A program made the translations under genes and the position numbers. A stretch of DNA of 64,000 bases from an archaeon (GTDB taxonomy: Archaea; Asgardarchaeota; Thorarchaeia; Thorarchaeales; Thorarchaeaceae), in NCBI GenBank assembly GCA_024276825.1, contig JAJRWI010000069.1, forward strand, positions 53,459 through 117,458, given 5' to 3'. This document shows positions 58,267 through 64,000 of this stretch, piece by piece. A model generated the notes under the pieces. That model was not told the origin of the DNA and did no database searches. It was given only the letters and a program-made list of their open reading frames with translations. Each line of letters begins with the position of its first letter. Position 1 is the first letter of the stretch.

Positions 58267-60972
58267 CTATTTCTGACGTTTATTTAGGGCACATGATAAT
58301 ACCACAAGCAACGAAAAGAGTGCAAGAACTATGGCTATGAATAGATAGTCAGGCTCACTGATAGTGGTTTGGGTTGCGGTAGTAGTTGTGGTCGTTGTAT
58401 CTGAGGTAGTAGTGGTCGTTGTAGTAGTTGTTGTGGTGTCAGTGGTGGTTGTAGTTGTGGCAGTAGTCGTCGTTGTAGTGGTTGTACCCGCTTCATGTAC
58501 AAAATATGCGTAATCCGAACTTTGGTTCCAGTTTCCTAAAGTGTCATTTGCAAGTATTCGATAGGTGACGGTTGTGTTGACTGGCAATTCAGGAATCATG
58601 CCGACATAAATCGAGCCATTCCATGACATAGTTAGATTGAACCACATAGTGCCATTACTATATGAAAGAATAACTGTATCCACACCGCTTGAGTCAGTCA
58701 CCAGAACTCCAATAATGACTGTGTCATTTGTGGTGACATAACTTGGTGTCTGATCAGGTTCTTCTATGTAAGGGCCTTCTGTGTCAGGTGCAGGAGGAAA
58801 CTGTGAAAAGACTGCAGCTGAAACATTGAGTTTTCCATATCCCCAGATTGCATTCGGAATCGTGCCAGTATAGGCATCTGTTCTCGCGGTGCTTGTAATT
58901 ATACTAGCAACATTAGAACCTGCGGTTGAATTCACCTGAAGGATTAATGCGGCACATCCTGCAACATGAGGACCAGAAGCACTTGTACCACTGAACAGGC
59001 GGAGCCCTCCGAATCGTGCATCAAAGGGTAGACTTCCGTAGGCATTGAACCAGTTCGACCATTGAGACTCGTTTGAATAGTCAGAGATGATATCATAACC
59101 ACCAGGTGCGGCCACACCCTGTTTTTGAATCTCATCGATCCGCGGGCCTCTTGATGAGAAGCTAGCAATGTCGCCAATTGTTCCGCCACCAACTAGATTC
59201 CTCGTTCGATAACTTGCAACGCTCAATGCCTTGTCAGCAGTCGATGGCCAAGTGATCTCATAGTTATTTGACTGATCAGTCATCCATATAGCTCCACCCG
59301 TCCAACTTGAAGAACTATCGGAAATATAGCTATGGAATGTCATATTTGAGGGAGTTGTGACGTTGAGCTTGTCATACGGCGGTGGATTTGGAGTGACAAC
59401 AGGAAGGGGAATTGGGCCAAGAGTATCTGTGGCATAGATATGGATTGCAAGCATCTGAGTAGACCTTGAAGATGTACTAATGAATGACTCGATCCACACA
59501 TTGCGACCACCCCATACAATTGGGGCCTCAACATACCAGTTATAGTAACCATTACCAGGATGAAGATATCTGATGTTTGTCTGCGGACCACCCCATGAAA
59601 CAAGATTCATGATGATGCTAAAGTTGCATGTCGAAAAGTCAGTGATGTTCCTTGAAAGAACTGTAATATAGACATCTTCAATCTCAGGGGTGTACGATGG
59701 AATGTCAAAATCGACCAGATATGGTGTATTTTGGGTTGCCCCGAAGAGAGCATGTTTGTCTTTCCCTCCAAGGTTTCCACTTGGCGCAATCACGGGGATT
59801 CCATCTGAAACAATAGTGTCAATCAGGCCTTCGGTTGTCGAGCTACCATCAAGGTAGTGATATGTCCATGAGCCAACTTCAATGAGAATGACATCAGCCC
59901 CATGATTATACGCCCATGTGAGACCTTCTTCAATTGTCAGCCAGTCATTACTGATGCCAAGGACTTTAATCATCATCAATTCAGCAGAGGGAGCTACACC
60001 AACATATTTTCTGAAGCCGAGCTGACCACCGAGAAGAATTCCTGACACGGCAGTACCATGGCCATCTGTGTCCTTATGCGATGAGATTGTAAGGTTGACA
60101 TCACGAACCCATGATTGAATGTTTCTCTGGGCGGTGCCATCAGCCTCTATAATGTATCGCGTCTTTGGAGTCTTTAGCAATACTACTTTTTCGCCAGGGT
60201 CAAGTTGATCATTATTGTTGGTGTCATTTACAACAAAGAATGGCTCACCAATCTGAGGTATTCCATCCTGAGTCTTGTTATCAATCCAAGCCCATTCGGT
60301 AGTGACATTGAATGTTCCATCACCATCTAAATCAATGAAATAGAGGACTTCACTGGCTTGAATTGACAAGTCACCATTTAGGTCGACACCATCAGAACCA
60401 TTTGATGGAACAGCATCAGGGAATACATCAATCCAGTCATATTCGCCACCATCTGCAAACCAAAAGTCAGGATGCTTCCAATCAATACCCGAATCAAGAT
60501 CCGCGATTAAAATGCCCTCTCCTGTGATGTTTCTGTCTAGGCTGTCCAAGGCGGCCCACACATCATCAGCTTGAATCTCCGGAATCGATACATCTCTTGT
60601 GGAATACAAGTAATCATTGCGGGTCTGAACATCAATTGATAGTATCCAGTCCTCTTTTGAGAGAGCTGTAAGTGCCCGTGCTGGGCCTTCAACAAGGTAA
60701 TAGTTTTTAACATGGCTCATATCTGGGGTTCCAAGGCTAAAATCTATTCCAAGTTCTTTCAATCTTGTTATGTGATAGTCCGATAGTGTGGTTCTTGTTT
60801 CTATTACAACAGGAATTGTGTCCCCATAAGATTTTGATAGGAAACTAAAATCTGGGCCAAACGAAGATTCAGTGTCAGATGAAGTGATTGGTATGCTTTC
60901 AGGAGCCAAAAAGACGAAAGAGGGAATAATCAATAAAACAAGTAACAGCGTGCTTATGGAATATTTATTCAT
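58267..60972 (-). CDS. Membrane-anchored S8 serine protease with Ca-binding-like insert and Thr-rich stalk
   Basis: DLDSG / HGTAVSG / GTSASGPH; PSGN; DxDGDG motifs; poly-Thr linker and TM; GGAGG RBS before ATG 60972. Confidence 0.92.
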   Translation of the reverse strand: MNKYSISTLLLVLLIIPSFVFLAPESIPITSSDTESSFGPDFSFLSKSYGDTIPVVIETRTTLSDYHITRLKELGIDFSLGTPDMSHVKNYYLVEGPARALTALSKEDWILSIDVQTRNDYLYSTRDVSIPEIQADDVWAALDSLDRNITGEGILIADLDSGIDWKHPDFWFADGGEYDWIDVFPDAVPSNGSDGVDLNGDLSIQASEVLYFIDLDGDGTFNVTTEWAWIDNKTQDGIPQIGEPFFVVNDTNNNDQLDPGEKVVLLKTPKTRYIIEADGTAQRNIQSWVRDVNLTISSHKDTDGHGTAVSGILLGGQLGFRKYVGVAPSAELMMIKVLGISNDWLTIEEGLTWAYNHGADVILIEVGSWTYHYLDGSSTTEGLIDTIVSDGIPVIAPSGNLGGKDKHALFGATQNTPYLVDFDIPSYTPEIEDVYITVLSRNITDFSTCNFSIIMNLVSWGGPQTNIRYLHPGNGYYNWYVEAPIVWGGRNVWIESFISTSSRSTQMLAIHIYATDTLGPIPLPVVTPNPPPYDKLNVTTPSNMTFHSYISDSSSSWTGGAIWMTDQSNNYEITWPSTADKALSVASYRTRNLVGGGTIGDIASFSSRGPRIDEIQKQGVAAPGGYDIISDYSNESQWSNWFNAYGSLPFDARFGGLRLFSGTSASGPHVAGCAALILQVNSTAGSNVASIITSTARTDAYTGTIPNAIWGYGKLNVSAAVFSQFPPAPDTEGPYIEEPDQTPSYVTTNDTVIIGVLVTDSSGVDTVILSYSNGTMWFNLTMSWNGSIYVGMIPELPVNTTVTYRILANDTLGNWNQSSDYAYFVHEAGTTTTTTTTATTTTTTDTTTTTTTTTTTSDTTTTTTTATQTTISEPDYLFIAIVLALFSLLVVLSCALNKRQK
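58361..58486 (-). repeat. Low-complexity ACN-codon tract encoding a poly-Thr linker
   Basis: Imperfect GTN trinucleotide run on the plus strand, read as TTTTTTTATTTTTTDTTT... in the protease. Confidence 0.85.
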
Positions 60973-61062
60973 TGATCTTCCTCCAAATGGTATAATGGAA
61001 GCTAGGCAGATTCTTTTAGAGTATGAGCACATTCGAATATTAATATTGTTTAACCAGTTTTT

Positions 61063-62496
61063 TTAGGAACTGTTCTCATCAGCGGTTGCGCCAAATTGGT
61101 CGAAGTCTTTGGAATCCTTGAGGAATTCAGAGGATTTTATGCCATATGACTTGAGATCATTGACTGTTGGGAAGAAATCATGAAACTCGTCATCCCGACA
61201 AATTCGTTGGCCCTCATAAAGTGAAGAGCCACCACTAACAAGATATGAAACACATACACAGATTACTAAAGGGATGACAATATCAAAGGTATGACTCATC
61301 TCAAGTAGGAGTATTGTTGTTGCAACAGGTGTGTTCGTATTTGCTGCTAAAACAGCGCCCATTCCTAGAACAACGAATGCTGCAGCTAGCTCTGGATAGA
61401 ACAGGTCCCCAAAAATTCGACCCAACATGGCACCCACAAATAATGATGATGCAAGAACGCCCCCTGAAACCTTACCGCCCACAACAAATGAAGAGGCAAA
61501 AAGCTTTCCTAGTAATAGAACAACAAGAATGTACAAAGGCAGTTGGGCGACTGCAACATAATCTATCACATCAGGTCCAACATCAAAGCCAAGACCCGCA
61601 ATCGAAAGGCCAGGATATAGTACAAGACCCGTGACGAAAATCAAGATGCATGCAATGGTGGATCCAGCAATAGGGTCCATCCAGTCCTTTAATCTGAGAA
61701 CAAAGTATCTTCTTGCAAAGGTGAATACAGCTGCAAAGAACACAGAAACAATTCCACAAAGGAAGCCGAATATTAGGAGCAGGGGAATTGCATGAAGAGT
61801 AATATCAAATGTAACGTGAAAGGTGAAATGAGGACTAACGCCCATAAATAGAATGAAGACAAGGTATGAGGTGATTGAGGATATCACGATTGGAACAAAA
61901 TAGCCAAGGCGGGCATCACGTCTATAGGGTGCCTCAGCGGCGAACAGCGCACCTCCAAGAGGGGCCTTGTAAATGCCAGCAGTTGCAGCAGCTGAACCCA
62001 TCATTAGAAACACACGAAGAAATGAGGGTGAGCGGTGCCCCATTCGTCTTGCAACAGAGTTTCCGACAGCGGCACCAATCAGTACTGCTGGGCCCTCACG
62101 CCCGACTGGATTTCCAGTTCCGATAGAAACCGCTGTTGCTATCATCTTGGTCATGGTTGTTGAATTCTTAATGTCTTCTGGTTTGTGTGTTAATTCGATA
62201 GCCTTTGAAATGCCGCTGCCCGCAATCTCTGTGCGCCCGATATATATCAAGGATGCCGAGAACAGACCACCAATCAATGGAGCAATAAAGATTGGAATAT
62301 GAGAGAACAGAAGAATTGATGCATTAATCATCAACTGAAAAATGACCATCATAAGACCGCAGATGATACCAATAATGATAGCGGCTGGAATGTACAGCCG
62401 ATAGAATTTGGAGAAATGACTGAAGTAAAATGTGTCTTTGAAAGAGGTCCAATTAAAGATGTTTTGTTTATGCTCCTTCTCAGTCATCGGGATCAC
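61063..62496 (-). CDS. CLC-family chloride channel/transporter without CBS domains
   Basis: GSGIS, GREGP, APLGGALFAAE, SGGVLA, SLYEGQ. Confidence 0.93.
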   Translation of the reverse strand: MIPMTEKEHKQNIFNWTSFKDTFYFSHFSKFYRLYIPAAIIIGIICGLMMVIFQLMINASILLFSHIPIFIAPLIGGLFSASLIYIGRTEIAGSGISKAIELTHKPEDIKNSTTMTKMIATAVSIGTGNPVGREGPAVLIGAAVGNSVARRMGHRSPSFLRVFLMMGSAAATAGIYKAPLGGALFAAEAPYRRDARLGYFVPIVISSITSYLVFILFMGVSPHFTFHVTFDITLHAIPLLLIFGFLCGIVSVFFAAVFTFARRYFVLRLKDWMDPIAGSTIACILIFVTGLVLYPGLSIAGLGFDVGPDVIDYVAVAQLPLYILVVLLLGKLFASSFVVGGKVSGGVLASSLFVGAMLGRIFGDLFYPELAAAFVVLGMGAVLAANTNTPVATTILLLEMSHTFDIVIPLVICVCVSYLVSGGSSLYEGQRICRDDEFHDFFPTVNDLKSYGIKSSEFLKDSKDFDQFGATADENSS

Positions 62497-62541
62497 TCAA
62501 AACCTACGCTCATGACTGGTATCAATTGACTTATCACTATT

Positions 62542-62832
62542 ATGAGTGTTATTTATGGCGGAACCGCGTTAATCGATGATGATGAGAGTAGTGATTCAAT
62601 AGCAAAGAGCCTTTTAATCGAGGAGATTCAAGAGAAGCTAGACGAGGTCTCCCCATGTCTGGAAAGAGTTGGAAGGTTGATTGTCAGACTGCAGCCATGC
62701 ATTGAAGAAGTGAATGAGTCAGCCAGGGTGATACGTGAGGCCTTTGATTTTTACTATGACATTGCGAAACTCATGACAAAGTTTACCACAGATTGTGAAA
62801 TCAAAGGAGTAGGAACTACATGGGGGATGTGA
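62542..62832 (+). CDS. Hypothetical protein (96 aa), helical
   Basis: Acidic amphipathic ORF divergent from the CLC gene; its 3' end overlaps a USP-like remnant on the other strand. Confidence 0.45.
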   Translation: MSVIYGGTALIDDDESSDSIAKSLLIEEIQEKLDEVSPCLERVGRLIVRLQPCIEEVNESARVIREAFDFYYDIAKLMTKFTTDCEIKGVGTTWGM

Positions 62833-62993
62833 AGTTTTGCGCTTGTCATCTCAGCAACTTCAAATGACACAGTGGCAGCTCATGCTGAGCAGTTGCTACC
62901 ACCGACAGCAACGAGAACTCGCTTTGTCCTACAGAATATGCAACTGGACCCACAATATAGTATATCTCCTAGAGAGTTTGGGATTTCATCCAT
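62754..62993 (-). pseudogene. Universal stress protein (UspA)-like remnant
   Basis: Translation KRVLVAVGGSNCSA*AATVSFEVAEMTSAKLHIPHVVP matches the USP N-terminal pattern; in-frame TGA at 62880-62882; C-terminal USP motifs not found. Confidence 0.45.
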
Positions 62994-63101
62994 ATTGAAA
63001 CATATGCGTTAACTCACAAATATATTGCCGTAGGATATTAAAGGGAGTCCATTTTTCATGGTGGCGAGTTGTTCTAGACAATCATAATAGAAGTGATTTC
63101 A

Positions 63102-64000
63102 ATGAGCCGCGCTGATATCTATTCATATCACAAGAAGGGAAAGTATCCTAGAAATAATGCAGCAGTTATGGCTGTATTGGGAGTCATTGCGCTTTTCTTT
63201 GTTTGGGGAATGTACTCTCTGTGGAGTCTCTGGAGCTCATATGGAGCTCAAATAATGGCCCTCATTCAAAGTCTCGGACTCCCAAGCCTACTGACTCAAA
63301 ATGCCACCACAATTCTTGCAGTTGTGGGGAGTATCATAATGTTAAGCTTGGTTCTTGCAATTGCTGCTGCTAGACTGGCTAAGCGATTAGGGGAAACTCT
63401 GATCTATATAGGGGCAATAGGACTCAACATCATCACTTTTAGTTTTGCCCTGCTGCCAGTGTTCTTGGGTGCCATGAGTGTTTCCGATCTTTTGCAAAAC
63501 TGGGTGATATTGTTGCCAGCCTTGTTCACACTGTTCATCACAATTCTGCTCTTTACTGTGTTCCGTGGAAGAGTAAAGACTGCTGGCAAGATAATCAAAC
63601 TCACTGGTCAAGTGTGCCTAGATGAGAAGGGTGTTTTCATCCCGCCCATGTTGAGTATGATCTTCACTCTCGTTTCAGCACTCATGATGGGAGCAATAAT
63701 CTTTCAGTTTGTATCAATTAATGTCTTGCTTGGCACTGAAACCTTAACTATTGGGAATGGCTGGCCAATCGGTGTTGGTTTCATTTTATACATCTTCTTG
63801 ACCATTTTCTTTTACAACTTCGCGTATGCCACATCATCAGCAATAACATACATTTACATGCGAGGACGCGACCCCACGCTGGGTGATGGGATAAAATGTG
63901 CCTTGAGTGTGATTGGAGGTCTTATTGTGATATCGATATTGAGTGTGATTATCTCAAGCATCAGAGCCATCATTCGAGTTGTCACACGAAAATCAGGACC
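63102..64000 (+). CDS. Multi-pass membrane protein, CTL/SLC44(PNS1)- and DUF6159-like; 3' end runs off the window
   Basis: Not in ORF track. Open from ATG 63102: MSRADIYSYHKKGKYPRNNAAVMAVLGVIALFFVWG...LLFTVFRGRVKTAGKIIKLTGQVCLDEKGVFIPP...YNFAYATSSAITYIYMRGRDPTLGDGIKCAL... Confidence 0.75.
   Translation, partial: MSRADIYSYHKKGKYPRNNAAVMAVLGVIALFFVWGMYSLWSLWSSYGAQIMALIQSLGLPSLLTQNATTILAVVGSIIMLSLVLAIAAARLAKRLGETLIYIGAIGLNIITFSFALLPVFLGAMSVSDLLQNWVILLPALFTLFITILLFTVFRGRVKTAGKIIKLTGQVCLDEKGVFIPPMLSMIFTLVSALMMGAIIFQFVSINVLLGTETLTIGNGWPIGVGFILYIFLTIFFYNFAYATSSAITYIYMRGRDPTLGDGIKCALSVIGGLIVISILSVIISSIRAIIRVVTRKSG

Noticed and set aside
58361-58486. Tandem repeat or CRISPR-like array
   Set aside because: It is a degenerate Thr-codon tract inside a protease linker, with no fixed repeat-spacer period
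62542-63012. Selenocysteine read-through of the TGA at 62830-62832, since the frame stays open to 63012
   Set aside because: No redox motif or SECIS; the open frame is better explained as the antisense of the USP-like remnant

Overview
Archaeal chromosomal segment with no rRNA, tRNA, CRISPR array or mobile element that I could detect. Gene content (a TPR-longin fusion, topoisomerase VI, a RadA paralog, many membrane-anchored S8 proteases, cofE, dnaK-dnaJ-grpE) points to an Asgard archaeon, probably Thorarchaeia; this placement is inference. Main blocks: (1) a tightly coupled minus-strand operon of at least 9 genes (1-8178) combining a RadA paralog, an XPD/Rad3 Fe-S helicase, a Zn-ribbon/wHTH protein, membrane proteins and a membrane-anchored HerA/VirB4-like ATPase with a degenerate Walker A, which the ORF track missed; (2) a circularly permuted peptide-binding protein and top6B-top6A, with Top6A carrying two HhH domains; (3) housekeeping, lipid and chaperone genes; (4) a proteolysis-rich region with four S8 proteases plus TldD/PmbA, one protease having the architecture of eukaryotic Site-1 protease; (5) DUF1015-serC, a CLC transporter and a partial SLC44/CTL-like membrane protein. 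Non-coding highlights are a 34-codon Arg-rich leader ORF with a hairpin/U-tract (attenuator-like) upstream of an MFS transporter, two structured 5' leaders, and several hairpin plus U-tract terminators. All family calls come from reading motifs by eye, not from database searches.
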